DNA of 63,623 nt, the filler included, from Dugesia japonica (Eukaryota): assembly GCA_001938525.1 (NCBI GenBank). It is 6 parts of 6 records of this genome, joined end to end, with 100 filler letters (N's around TTAATTAATTAA, not from the genome) between each part and the next. Parts side by side here need not be neighbours in the genome. Positions count along the whole stretch, not along the records: positions 45,328 to 55,256 come from MQRL01630872.1; positions 55,357 to 63,623 come from MQRL01605665.1; 4 more parts are not named here. One strand, 5' to 3'. Positions 50,331 through 62,848 of the stretch are shown in pieces (the stretch's first letter is position 1; each line of letters opens with the position of its first letter). Made by a program: the position numbers and the translations under genes. The notes beneath the pieces were generated by a model, which saw only the letters and a program-made list of their open reading frames with translations, ran no database searches and was not told the DNA's origin.

Positions 50331-51849
50331 AGTTCATCATAAATTAACCAGCTGTTTATCTATACGAAAAAATAAATTGGCAAAAGGTGCAACTGTTGCA
50401 TATGAAAGGGATTCTATTATTATGGATGTATATATTGTTTACAAATTGTCGAAAATATATAATAATATAAATAGATTGTAAATTTGTTTCTTTTATCTTA
50501 AAGCTGGACGTTAATTAATCATTGGCATAAATTTTATCGCAAAATAATCTTGACTAAACCCTCAAAAATACAATATTTTGAACCATTACCGAATTTTTGT
50601 CGTCATATACTACACAAAATAGCTGAAAATATGCAACAACGGAATATGTATGCAAAACGTATAAAAACAATTTTATATACCATAAATTAATTTTTTAAAA
50701 GTTCCGCATAATCACATGCCACTCAAAGTATCATAATTAAGACTACTCGTAAGATTATTTGTCCCGATATAAGTTAGGCGTATTGTTTTAATGATCTGTA
50801 TAACGTATTTAAAATGTCCGATCTTTCCTTATTGCTTGAAATAATTTCCTTAAAAATAATCTGTAAACTAAGCACGCATTACTTTAGATGGTTTAGAATC
50901 CTGCAAATACATTATCAGCAAAACATTGTAAAAGCATCATTGAAAAACAAGCTGTACTTTGTTTTTTCTTTAGACTTATTGAATAGAAAGTATTTCCAAT
51001 CACATGATTTTTGTTGTGAAATTATGTTTTCAAATTCGTTCATTTCTAGGGGCAAAAAATACTAATTTATAGGATAAAACTAGATAAAGAGATTAAGACC
51101 ATAACAATTATTTATGATGCACAAACGAAGTTAGGAGTTCACAGTAAGTGGAGACACAGATTTTGTATTTAAAACCCAAATAAAGGCTTATCAAACTATC
51201 AACAGAATCTAGAAAAGCAAAATTAAAATCTTGAAGCTTCAAACAGAGATATGGTTTCTAAAAAACCGAATTTTTAGAAACCACAGTTTTCACTTTAAAT
51301 AACAGCAAGTCTCTATTACAGTTTGATCTCCGATTTTAATTTTCAATTGTAATTTGATCTTTTTTTGAATAAATTAAAAGAAAAGTTCTTTTGATTTTTG
51401 TACTTAAACATATTTTTAAACGTTTCCGAAATGTAGAAAATGAAATTAAAATAAATTCAGTGAACTTCTTCTCAAACCTAAAATAACACCTAAACGTTCG
51501 TTTTATTTTAGATGTAGGTATTAATGTATGACTATGTATGCAAGATTGCTAGTTCTGTTCAATTAAAAAATAGCAAATAATTCTGAAAATGATCACTAAT
51601 TTACGTGTACAATTAGATAAAATCAAAAGTTTCTTTTACATTATTTGAATCTGTTAACTTTTATAGATTCACATGAAGCATATATCATAAAATGAATAAT
51701 TTATACCTTCTGTCGTTGGTAGCTTTTGATGGTAAAGACGAAACCAAAATTAATAACATATCTTTAGAACAATTTTCTACTAAATATATGTAAATTTAGT
51801 AGAGAAAAATATACTATATTTCCACATTAATTTTATAGAATTCATTTAA

Positions 51850-52025
51850 TAAAATTCCTGACGAAGACAAGGTCAAAATATCGATTTGTTATCCAATATA
51901 AATAATTAAAACCTAAATTTTGATCTAAGCTTTTATATTAAATGAATTCTATAAAACGATCAATGGTTAAGTCCAACAATTATTCTCGCAATGATTGCAA
52001 TTGTAAAATTAATTTTATAGTTTAT
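51850..52025 (+). repeat. Copy of hammerhead-bearing short repeat (core G12 mutated)
   Basis: aattc-CTGACGA-a-gac-aag-gtc-AAAA-ta-TC-gatttg plus the same downstream body as 57995-58120. Confidence 0.8.
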
Positions 52026-55000
52026 TAAGAATTTTATATTGAACTAAGTGTGATGGATAAACATAATTACCTTTGCCTAATAATGTAAGCCTGGGTATAC
52101 TTATTCGTGATCTCGTCTCATAGCAATATTTGTATTATTTAGATTATAACGATGATTTGTTTTGATGCTAGTAATTAGTATAAATATTATTTCACANAAA
52201 TAAGTTGTTTCAAATGGTAGAAGAACTTTATTTGCTAATTCAAAAAGTTGAAAATAATCAGTTTAAACTCTAAACTAAAACGAATTCAATGTTTGTTTGC
52301 AATAATTGGTTTCCATTTTTGTATCACAAGTAATTAAGACAAACTATTCTAAAATAATTATCTTATTTTCCAATTCTATTTGTCACTTAAAAAATCCGAC
52401 GATTTGGTATGCAATAAAATATTATTTGTAATCCAGTTTCATATTCTTACATAAATTTGTAAACAAGCTTCTGATATTTATAATATTTATAGCGTTATAT
52501 AAAACAGCGTTAAGATCTGCTGATACTTTTTTAAAAACCTATTCAGTGATTTCAAAACTGTGAGATGTGTCTCCATAAAGAGTAACGGACTCTTTCAAAG
52601 AGAGGCGTGAGATTTTTAAATAGAAATGTAATCTGTACATCTAAAAAGATTCCATCACATAACATTCAATTTTATATATCGTGCACATATGTAAATATTT
52701 TAAAGAATTTACAGGCACGAAAAGTCATACATTAGCATGAATCATATTCGGGGTGACCATTTTTATTGGAACACAATGCGGGACAAAGAGCGTCTATCAA
52801 CTGACAACTACACTTGCAANNNNNNNNNNNNNNNNNNNNNNNNNNNNNNNNNNNNNNNNNNNNNNNNNNTGTGCATGTGTATATGTGATTGTGATGACTG
52901 ATTCTGATTCTGATAATCTGTATGTAGTGACTGTAAACATAAGCATGTGCGTAGATGAGTGAATGCGTTCATATAGTCATGTACACAGAGACGCGTGAAA
53001 AAANATAATCGAATATTATAATACTCACATGATATGACAAATTATCTAATTTGAGACATTTTTCCGGGACATATTAATACGGAACACCGGGCTTTAATTC
53101 AAAGTTGTAACAAAAATTCATATTACAATTCATTAATTTTTAGTGTTTACATTACACCTTTCTCGTACTTTCTCCAATAATACGTTTTCCATAATTTAAA
53201 AACATGCATTACTTTATTAAATATATGATGGAAATTTCCAAAATCAGAAACATTTTGAATTGAAGATGTAGGGACATAAATTTGGAAACCATTTAACACA
53301 TACTTCTTTATAGATGAAACAAGAAGTAAAAAAATTTTTCTATGTAATAGACATAGATTTAACTTTCGTCTAAAAGCCAAAGTAGTATTACTTTATTGGT
53401 ACCGCATCTTCACTATTGTCATTTTAATTCTTCTCCCAAAAAAATTAACTTGTAAAAAATACATTCGTTTGTAATAAGACCTTGCATTGATTCAAAAAAT
53501 AATTATTTTTTATTATATTAGTTTGATGTCTATCAATCACTAACATTTTACCATTCATCACTCTGAAAAGCTAAGTTTAGTCATTTTTGATTCTTTGAAA
53601 AAGGTAACGAAAATGTTTTTTCCATTTATTCAGCGAAATTCTTTTTTTCTACGATTTGTACTGTATTAGAAAAAAATAGACCTTCACCATTTGTATTTGG
53701 ATTTTAGCCATTTGATATAAATTATTATATTTGGTAAGACTCTAAAAGACGTGTAAGAGTTATTTTCTAACAAACATTTGTTTTTATTTGATGAGCTTAA
53801 TAAAATTTGAAAACATTAGATAGGGTTTTATGATTAAACAGTATGCTTTATGTTGAAATGTTTGAGCAATTTTGAAGATATATTTTTTATTCACCAAATT
53901 TCCATAACATAACAAGCGAGTGACAAAAGAATTGTGCTTCACTTAATTCTTTAGTTTTATTTGCATAATAGCTTGAATAGTAGTCTGTGATAGCCCCAAT
54001 AATCTCTTTTCAGCTGTTTCATTATTAATCTTTTGGCGCTTGACTTCTCTATCATGTTGAGCTTAGCNNNNNNNNNNNNNNNNNNNNNNNNNNNNNNNNN
54101 NNNNNNNNNNNNNNNNNNNNNNNNNNNNNNNNNNNNNNNNNNNNNNNNNNNNNNNNNNNNNNNNNNNNNNNNNNNTTTACATTAATCACAACAAATATAC
54201 TCACTTAACATTGATTAAACAATTTTTAATAATGAATGACTTTGAATTTAAGGTGAAAAGTAAAAATTGAATAAATTTGTGGAAGAGTTATTTTTTAAAA
54301 AACAATATTTATATTCAAATTCAAAATATCTTAAAATAAGAATTATTTACTGAGATGATAAATTATCAGTCTTATAACCAGCTCAGATTATTGAATTTTA
54401 GGCGCAGAAAAATTGTAAATTTCTAAATTACGTTATTTATTATTTTCTTAAAGTTTCCGAAATAAAATTTTTAACTATTCTTAACTTACATTAATTCACT
54501 TACAAAAAACAAAGAAAATTATTTCTTTTTAAAAGTGAATTCAAATATTAAATCATAGTAATTAAATTTTCTGAAACCTCTTAAAAAATTTAGAAAACCA
54601 CTAACTTTAAGAATCACTAGTTTAAAATAAAAAAGATTTTCTGGATATTCGAAATAATTTTAACTTAAAATTGCGCACTTTTCTTCAAAAGTAATTTAAA
54701 ATATAATTGCAGTTTGTTTAAATAGTGAAATTCTATAGTAACATAAGGTTATCAAAAAAACGTTTTTTGAATATTTAAGTTAATAAAAAATAATAATAAA
54801 TCACTTGATAAACACACATTTCTTTGCTAGCTTACATTAAATTACTCTTTAATTTTTAGTTAACAATGTCAAATAGTTGGCTCGAACATAATGAGGGGTT
54901 AAGAAGGGAATACATTTTGCAAAAACAATCGTATTTCGTTTTAAATAAAAAAGTTAATTTTTATTTTANNNNNNNNNNNNNNNNNNNNNNNNNNNNNNNN

Positions 55001-55424
55001 NNNNNNNNNNNNNNNNNNNNNNNNNNNNNNNNNNNNNNNNNNNNNNNNNNNNNNNNNGAGAAATGAATTGAAAATGTTAGTTTTCGGTTTATAAATATAA
55101 TATTTATAATCATGAAAAAAAGATAATTTTTACGTATGAAGTATAAAATTCAAAATGAATCGTTTCAAATAGGTATAGGTGTAAAGTTTATTTTGTAAAT
55201 TGTTGAACATCTTTAGAGTTATGAAAAGTGTTTCTTAATCGCTTTTTTTTAAAACTNNNNNNNNNNNNNNNNNNNNNNNNNNNNNNNNNNNNNNNNNNNN
55301 TTAATTAATTAANNNNNNNNNNNNNNNNNNNNNNNNNNNNNNNNNNNNNNNNNNNNTACATATATAAATATAAATACATATATTATTTAAATTAATTAGT
55401 TAATTAATTATATCCCTAATAAGA

Positions 55425-55545
55425 ATTATTATCAAAAACAAAATAAAAATTTGATTGAAGCTTTTATTTTAATGAATTCTGAATAACGATCAATGGTTAC
55501 GTCCACCAATTATTCTCGCAATAATTCTAATTGTAAAGCAATAGT
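55425..55545 (+). repeat. Truncated copy of the same short repeat (no hammerhead core)
   Basis: AAGCTTTTATTTTAATGAATTCT..ACGATCAATGGTTA.GTCCA.CAATTATTCTCGCAAT. Confidence 0.8.
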
Positions 55546-57682
55546 CTACTTATTTATCCAGATAATAAAGCTAGTAATTTCAATGTCGAGTTTCAAAATC
55601 CCATTAATTTGATTAGACAATGGGAAGTAGGCATGTTGGATTTCATTTTTGTATATTCCAAATTTTCATTTTATAGTATATCAAAGATTGAATATGGTAA
55701 AAATGGATGGATAACGCTGTATGAATGTCCGGGATTCAGTGATTGTTAAAATGGAGACGGTACGAAAATAAATATTTAGCCATATACGAATTGTTTTACT
55801 TTGAAAGTTTTGTATTAGAGGGTGATGTATATTTCATAAATTTCTCGTTGAATCTTTAAATTGAAATGTTTTTGATTAACGAGCCAATTATAGGTGAGTA
55901 TGAGATTCATAATAAAAACACTATATTATCCATAAACTAACGTTCATAATCAAAGTTAACGAATGATTTTATTTATTTCTGTAAAATGTCTAATGAATCT
56001 CACATGTTAATTCAGAAGCGTCGATTTTAAAATTATGTGTTAATGATAAAATTGACGATTAACTAATAAAAATAAATTAGTGTCGAACTCTCAAAGGCAG
56101 TGTAGTTACCAACAAAGATATACTGGGTACCGTAAATAAATAGAAGTCAATTGTAAGTAGAAAATATAAATTTCCCAACTTAAAGAATGATTGACTAAAT
56201 CGGAAACGTGNNNNNNNNNNNNNNNNNNNNNNNNNNNNNNNNNNNNNNNNNNNNNNNNNNNNNNNNNNNNNNNNNNNNNNNNNNNNNNNNNNNNNNNNNN
56301 NNNNNNNNNNNNNNNNNNNNNNNNNNNNNNTAGGTATGCTCCTAGACTGTTGAAGTAATAAAATATATGAGAATGAAAATAAATCGAAGCGGTGAATTTA
56401 ATACCAAAATGCCTAGAATTCCAACATTATTATTATGTATTAATAGTATTATTATCATTTATTATTATTATTTTATCTTTCAAAAACGTGTAAAATGCGT
56501 ACAATCAAATTCGATACCAAGATCCATTAACAATAACATGTTTGTTATAGTTGAAATTAAAATTCAACATTAAAATTTTGTAGTTGTAGTATAAAAATAT
56601 ATATTTTTTTTAACCAAAAATCATGTTTTTAATTAATTTGTTGTTAATTACTATTGTTAATTACCAATGTAGCTAATGTGCAACCAATAAACAAAAATTT
56701 GTTTATTACAGACAGAAATTTTTTTCTAAATTTTATTTACTAAAAATTTTAAAAAAAAGCGTAAAAATTATACTTCTTTAATATTTCATTTTCTTCTTCC
56801 TCTTCGTCTTCTTTTTTTTCCTCTTATTCTTATATTACTTCATCATCAGATTTGTGTGGAGCTTTTAATTTATTGGTTTAGATTGAAATTAATTTTTTAG
56901 AAATTTGCGCGCGACTTTTAAATCAAGTTTTGGTTTAAATTTTGTAGGGCGATTTAAAAAATAAAGCATAACAAATTAAATAAAATATAGTTGCAAATGG
57001 AGAAATTGTTTAACATTTTTAGAATTTCAAAGTAAATTTATTTGGATTAGAAATATTGAAAATAACTATATAGTTTTAATTATAAATTGTTTTTTCGGTT
57101 GAAAAATATTATTAAAATGACAAATAATTTTCAATTAATTTACAAAACGTTTATAATTTATACCGATTGGAGATTTTCCTTCGTAAAATGTACATTTCGT
57201 AGCAGACTCAAAGTGAAATCTAACACAAATTTAAGTAATGATAGAAATTCTAAAAATTAAAGATACGCTGATTTGGTTTTCCTGTAAATAAAAATGTTTC
57301 AATTTAAATTCGTACCTTTTATAAAGCATAAGACAATAATAAAAACATAAACCCATCGTCATATTTAGAAGTACTCACTATTCATAAGCTGAATATTTAT
57401 CATTGACATGAGAAGGATTAGTTTTAATTTATCCTTCTTTAATTTAATTTATTTAGGCAATAAAAGAACGTTAACCAGAAAAATACTACAGCAGGAATTC
57501 TTAAACGTCTCAGTTCCAAAAATATTTGACAAACAAGTAAAATAATCGAAATACGAATAAATAATTTCGATGAATAACCGTCTACTTTAAATAGTAAATA
57601 AAATAAATAATTAATAAAACGAGATTTATCAACTTAATAAATAAATAAATAATTGAACACCATTTTTTTAAATATTTATTTG

Positions 57683-57723
57683 TTGCGAACAATTTCGACG
57701 GAATAACCGTCATCATCAGGCAA
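57683..57723 (-). ncRNA. Minimal type I hammerhead ribozyme in the PLE terminal repeat
   Basis: UUGC-CUGAUGA-u-GACGG-uuauu-CCGUC-GAAA-uug-UUC-GCAA: stem I UUGC/GCAA, 5-bp stem II, intact core. Confidence 0.8.
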
Positions 57724-57993
57724 TTAAAGAATATTAAAAAAAAATTTTTACAAAGTTTAAATGATTATATAATTTCAATTGTGCAATCTCAATAAAAAAA
57801 ATCAAAAAAATAATTTTAAGAGCGATGTTGAATCCGTCAACTGAACATTAATTTTAGGACTTAATGCCCTTATCAACAAAGCTTCACACATCACTCTCTC
57901 CCAATAACTATTAAATCCGCTGCACAAGATTTTAAAATCAGAACACCCTATTGATTTTATACATTTTCTCCGATGCTCAACAATATTACTATT

Positions 57994-58265
57994 GTTTTAC
58001 AATTGCAATTATTGTAAGAATAATTGTTGGACATAACCATTGATCGTTTTACAGAGTTCATTTAAAATAAAAGCTTCGATCAAAATTGTTTTTTTGCTTT
58101 TTTTTATTGATATTTGATAACAATTCGATATTTCGATCTTGTCTTCGTCAGAAATTGAATTTTTTTCAAGTCAATTCCTGACAAAGACAAGGTCAAAATA
58201 TCGAATTTTTATCAAATATCAATAAAAAAACAAAAAAAAATTTTGATTGAAGCTTTTTTTAAATG
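57994..58265. mobile_element. Short hammerhead-bearing element with inverted arms, inserted in the PLE endonuclease
   Basis: Flanked by AATATTAC(T)ATT duplication (57982 and 58266); ~100-bp arms inverted about ~58164. Confidence 0.8.
58121..58157 (-). ncRNA. Minimal type I hammerhead ribozyme (second family)
   Basis: CAAUUU-CUGACGA-a-GAC-aag-AUC-GAAA-u-AUC-GAAUUG; mirrored, core-mutated copy on + strand 58172-58208. Confidence 0.75.
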
Positions 58266-60184
58266 AATATTACATTACCACTATATCGACTATGCTCTTG
58301 AATTCTGGTGCAGATATGACGGGAAGTATCTCTAATGTATGTGGCGTTACACCAATTACATTTAAATTGATAGACCAGATCAGAGCACAAGTCTAAAAGG
58401 GTTATAGATGTATTATTGAACATATTTATAACCTTATGAAATTGAGATACAACTTTTATATTTAAAATATTCTTAAGAGCATTTTCAATCGAAAGTTTGA
58501 ATTTTTTAGGCCTTCAGAATAAGGTAAAGATAAAACCATTTTAGGTTCTGTTTCTACAACCTCAGATACATTAACACGAGACAAGTCACTATTAAGTTTA
58601 TTCAAAGTTTCATAAACTAATTTATCCGTAAACAATTTAGAATACCCATCATTATGAAGTAAGTCAGTTAATTTTTTAGACTCTTGTCTGCTTTGATAAA
58701 AGTAGGAAAGAGACCAATAACGATGAATTAGTCCTTTAATCATATTACTTTTATATTTTATGTCACAAAAACTTGCGGGATTTGTAAACAAACCAGTATC
58801 AGTTTTCTTTCTATATATATCTGTTTCAAATGAAGTATTCTTTCTTTTAATAAGCAAATCAAGAAAAGGAATAGTTAAATTGATCTCATCTTCAACTGTA
58901 AAACCTATACTTGGATGCAAGCTATTAATATACTCCAAAAACTTGAGTGATTTTCAAAAACAAGGAAAACGTCATCGACATAACGTTTATAAACTAAAGG
59001 TTTAAAAAAAGAATAATCATTAATCTTAATCTCTAATTTAGACAAGAAAATAGAAGCTAATGTTGAAGCTAATGGGGATCCCATCACCACACCATCAATC
59101 TGTCTATAATATTCATCATTAAAAAGAAATTGAACATTCGATGTTACAAAAGTTAAAAGATCATAATCATCCTGTTTTATCCATGATAAAAGCAGCTCAA
59201 TATAAGGTTGCCAAACTGTTGGATGAGCTTATTAAGCCTTTACATAAATCTGAATTTGAGTGCCAAGAAAGTTTTGAATTTTCTTTTATTTCTCAGTATC
59301 CATTGGCTAGTAATGATTGCTTTATCGTCTCATTTGATGTAACAAGTTTATTTACTAATGTTCCATTAAAAGAAACTATAGATTTATGTTGTGAAATATA
59401 GAGTGATTTTAATCCTAATAAATCTTCTGTAGGTGATATAGCGTTTCATGATCTTTTATCTTTTGCAACATCGAATGTTCAATTTGTTTTTAATGATTTT
59501 AATTGGCGGGAAATTTAAAAAAAATTTTTGGTTTGAAATTTAAATTATTTTTTTTGTCGGTAAATTTGAAAAAAACTTTTCTTTATCTTTTTCGATTAAT
59601 TAATTAATTATTTAATTAGTTTAAATTATAATTAATTATTTTCATGCATTGTTTCAGAAAGTCTTTTTTTCCCTCCATACCATAGCATTACCTCCTCCGC
59701 CATACAACAGTCCAACAGAACGAATCCATTAAGTTCAGATAGCACACAATCGAGTCCGTTCATAATTGAATTTATCGACCAGCTTGCGCAGTTCTGACTA
59801 AGCTAAGCTCGATTTACAGTATGTGCATCTCCGGTAGCAGTGTTTCTATTCGTTTACATTCGAACATAAATTGAACCACGCAACAATTGTTTAAAAACAA
59901 TTATCGACTAGACGTAAAGTGGTAAAGAATTATATCGCAACTGTTACTTATTCAATGCATGTCATATTTATATATTATTTCGCACATATTAGACATCTTT
60001 GTCTCATTTATTTTGACCATATTAATGGAAACTTTTATCATCATAGACGTATTACTATGGAACTTTCAAAACATCATAGACTATATTACCTTGGAACCTT
60101 TAAACATCATAGACCATATTACTATGGAACCTTGAAATAGCACTTACCTAAATTTCAAATTATATTAAACTAACTTAAAAAATT

Positions 60185-60367
60185 ACATAAAATATTTAAC
60201 AGAAAAAAAATAAATAAACCCACCATTTTTAATTTCTAATACAATTATGGTATTTTGAAATAAAAAATCAATAATTATATTGATTTTTTAAATTTCATAA
60301 TACCATAATTGCAATTAAAATAAAAAATGGTAGGTTTATTTTTTTAACAATGTTAAATATTTTATGT
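60185..60367. repeat. ~180-bp AT-rich palindrome
   Basis: ACATAAAATATTTAACA..AATTATGGTATT..AAAAAATCAATA mirrored about ~60276. Confidence 0.8.
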
Positions 60368-60517
60368 GTCATAAATATTTTATGTCAAGATAATATTTTA
60401 ATTTCATAATACCATAAATGCATTTGAAATTAAAAATATAAAATACTAATTTATATTACCATAATTGTAATAATTACAATTATGGTAAGATGAAATTAAA
60501 CAATCAATATACATACA

Positions 60518-62296
60518 AATTCCCTTTTAAAAATCATAAAAGCATGGAACTTTTCCATAAAAAACATATTAGCTAGGAACTTTATTAGCTAGCAAAATAT
60601 TAAAAGCCTAGAATTTTTCTCAGCAAAATTATAAAAGCACAGAACTTTTTCATAAAAAATTCATTAAGCGGAGAACTTTGTCATACATAACTTAAAATCA
60701 CTGTATAAATAAGTCATAAGCCTATATATAAAAAACACATAAGTAAATATTTTTATAAATTTTTAGGGTTATTGAGTGTATTGTTTACATCGCAACCGTG
60801 TATTTTTTTACAGAGCAACCATGTATTAAGGGTTTCTGAGTGTATTATTTACATTAGGGTTTCTTATTTCTCGAAATATTTTAATTCTCGAGAATTGCAA
60901 AATTATAAATAATAAAAGTTTTCAATTTTAAAATAAATACAAGTCAATTTGTTTGAATATTTTTAAATATTTTATTTCTTAAAATGATATTTCAATCAAA
61001 ACATAATATATTTGCTAATTTATCCGATAAACGAGTTCGAAGTTTCATAATAAACCAAAAATGAAGTATATGTTCGATGATCAATTATGTTTGCTGAGCT
61101 CTTCCACAGCAAGCTTAACAGGTTCCAACGCATTTACTATTTCTTTATAAACTTTTGTATATTATTTTTTCCACAGACATGATAACTTCATTTCATTTAA
61201 AGCTTTAATGATAAGTTCTTCAAGCTTCAAAAATCGGACAACCATATTTATTAAGCTATTCCAGCGAGTCTTACAATCGAGAATTAAATGCAGTTCTCTT
61301 TTTTCAACAGCAACAGCTTCTCTTTGAAGTATAGAATTTCTCACTGGTGAGTTTTTGAATAATTTTACAATTTTCCGGACAGCATCAATAGTTTTTCAAT
61401 ATTATATTTTGATTTTTATACTCCAATTTAACTTTCTCGTAATATGCAAAAATTAATTCCATTTTTACGGATTTTAAGGAAGGCTAAAATCTTTGTCGTT
61501 CATGCTTAGAATTTATAAATTGAAAATTTCTCGAGAAGAAACTCTAATTTACCTAGCAGCCGTGTAATATGTGGTCATCATGTAAATGCATGCTCGTGTC
61601 ATGCAAAATGCATGCTCACGTTATGTTCATGAATATATAGGAATTTATTATAAAAATATAACATGTCCTGTTTATAATTCAGATAACAACCAATCATATA
61701 AGTTTAAATTAATAATATCCATTCATTTCCTTTAAAATATTTATGCGAGAATGCATTTACATGATGACCACATATTACACGGTTACTATGCAAATAATAC
61801 CCTCATAAACTAAATATTACACGGTTGCTATGTAAATAGTACACGCATAAACACAACATTACGCGGTTGCTTTGCAAATAATACCATATATAACAAGGTT
61901 TCTATGTAAATAATACACTCATAAACTATATATTACAGGGTTACTATGTAAATAATACACTCATAAACCCTATATTACTCGGTTGCTATGTTAATAATAA
62001 AAGCTAACTATGCAAATAATGCACTCATTAACCCTATACACTCATGAATTCTAAAGATTTATAAAAATATTTACTTATGGGTTTTTTATATAGGCTTATA
62101 TGGTATTTATACAGTAATTTTAAGTTATATAAGAAAAAGTTCCCCGCTTAATGATTTATTTATGAAAAAGTTCTTTGCTTTTATCATTTTGCTGAAAAAA
62201 ATTCTAGGCTTTTAATATTTTCCTAAGAAAAGTTCCTAGCTAATATGTTTTTTATGGAAAAGTTCTATGCCTTTATGATTTTTCAAAAGGAATTTT
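60518..62296. mobile_element. Foldback/long-TIR non-autonomous element with internal ~37-bp repeats
   Basis: ~250-bp inverted arms 60518-60766 and 62050-62296; TATTACACGGTTGCTATGTAAATAATACACTCATAAAC units at 61770-62040, inverted at 60770-60854. Confidence 0.85.
60855..61546 (-). mobile_element. Internally deleted hAT element nested in the foldback element
   Basis: TIRs TAGGGTTTCTT / AAGAAACTCTA; TSD ATTTACAT / ATTTACCT; transposase LILDCKTRWNSLINMVVRFL. Confidence 0.9.
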
Positions 62297-62373
62297 TATG
62301 AAAAAGTTCCCTGCTTAATGAATTACTTTTTAAAAAGTTCTAAACTTATGAATTAATTTTTAAAAATTTATAT

Positions 62374-62765
62374 TATTGAGTTGAGTAAAAAGTCTTTTCG
62401 TATTTTTGTATTGAATCAAATAAGCACAATATTGAAAGTCTAATTCATTTAAAACAATAAAAATATATATTTGTTTTAATATTCAAACTAGCGCACTCAT
62501 TGTAAGTACCTTCGTCTTTAAAAAAATTATTCTTATGAGTTGAAATTATAGGAAAAACATGGAAGACAAGATTCAATATTTTCGTTGTTTGCTGTTCTTT
62601 TATTTCCGTAAAGGAAAAATTGTAATGCAAACCAAAAAGAAAATTTGTGTGGTGAATGGGGAAAGTGCCGTGAGTGAACGCGTATGTCAGAACTGGTTTC
62701 AAAAGTTTCGTGCCGGTGATACAACATGTGAAGATACTGAACGCTCAGATAAACCATTGGTGACA
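62374..62765 (+). mobile_element. Mariner 5' fragment (TIR and HTH domain)
   Basis: TATTGAGTTGAGTAAAAAGT TIR; FRCLLFFYFRKGK..ICVVNGESAVSERVCQNWFQKFRAGD..EDTERSDKP. Confidence 0.9.
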
Positions 62766-62796
62766 GAGAGTGAATTGGCTATAGTGAATTAAACAT

Positions 62797-62811
62797 TAAT
62801 AATAATAATAT

Positions 62812-62845
<34 letters not shown>
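62797..62845. repeat. (AAT)n microsatellite
   Basis: Direct reading. Confidence 0.95.

Positions 62846-62848
<3 letters not shown>

Larger units (their letters stand above)
57540..59500 (-). mobile_element. Penelope-like retroelement (RT + GIY-YIG) with 5' inversion, nested insertion and 3' hammerhead
   Basis: YRQIDGVVMGSPL, YKRYVDD, IPFLDLLI..DIYRKKTDTG; GIY-YIG LVYQFKCNWCNATYIRDTSRHICTRIQEH..CEALLIRALSPKIN; inverted part SFDVTSLFTNVP on + strand 59150-59497. Confidence 0.92.

Noticed and set aside
53147-54060. Minus-strand coding-like fragments
   Set aside because: No consistent frame or motif; possibly an old transposase but unsupported
61770-62045. Regular ~37-bp repeats as a CRISPR array
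   Set aside because: No unique spacers, degenerate units, eukaryotic foldback context, no cas genes
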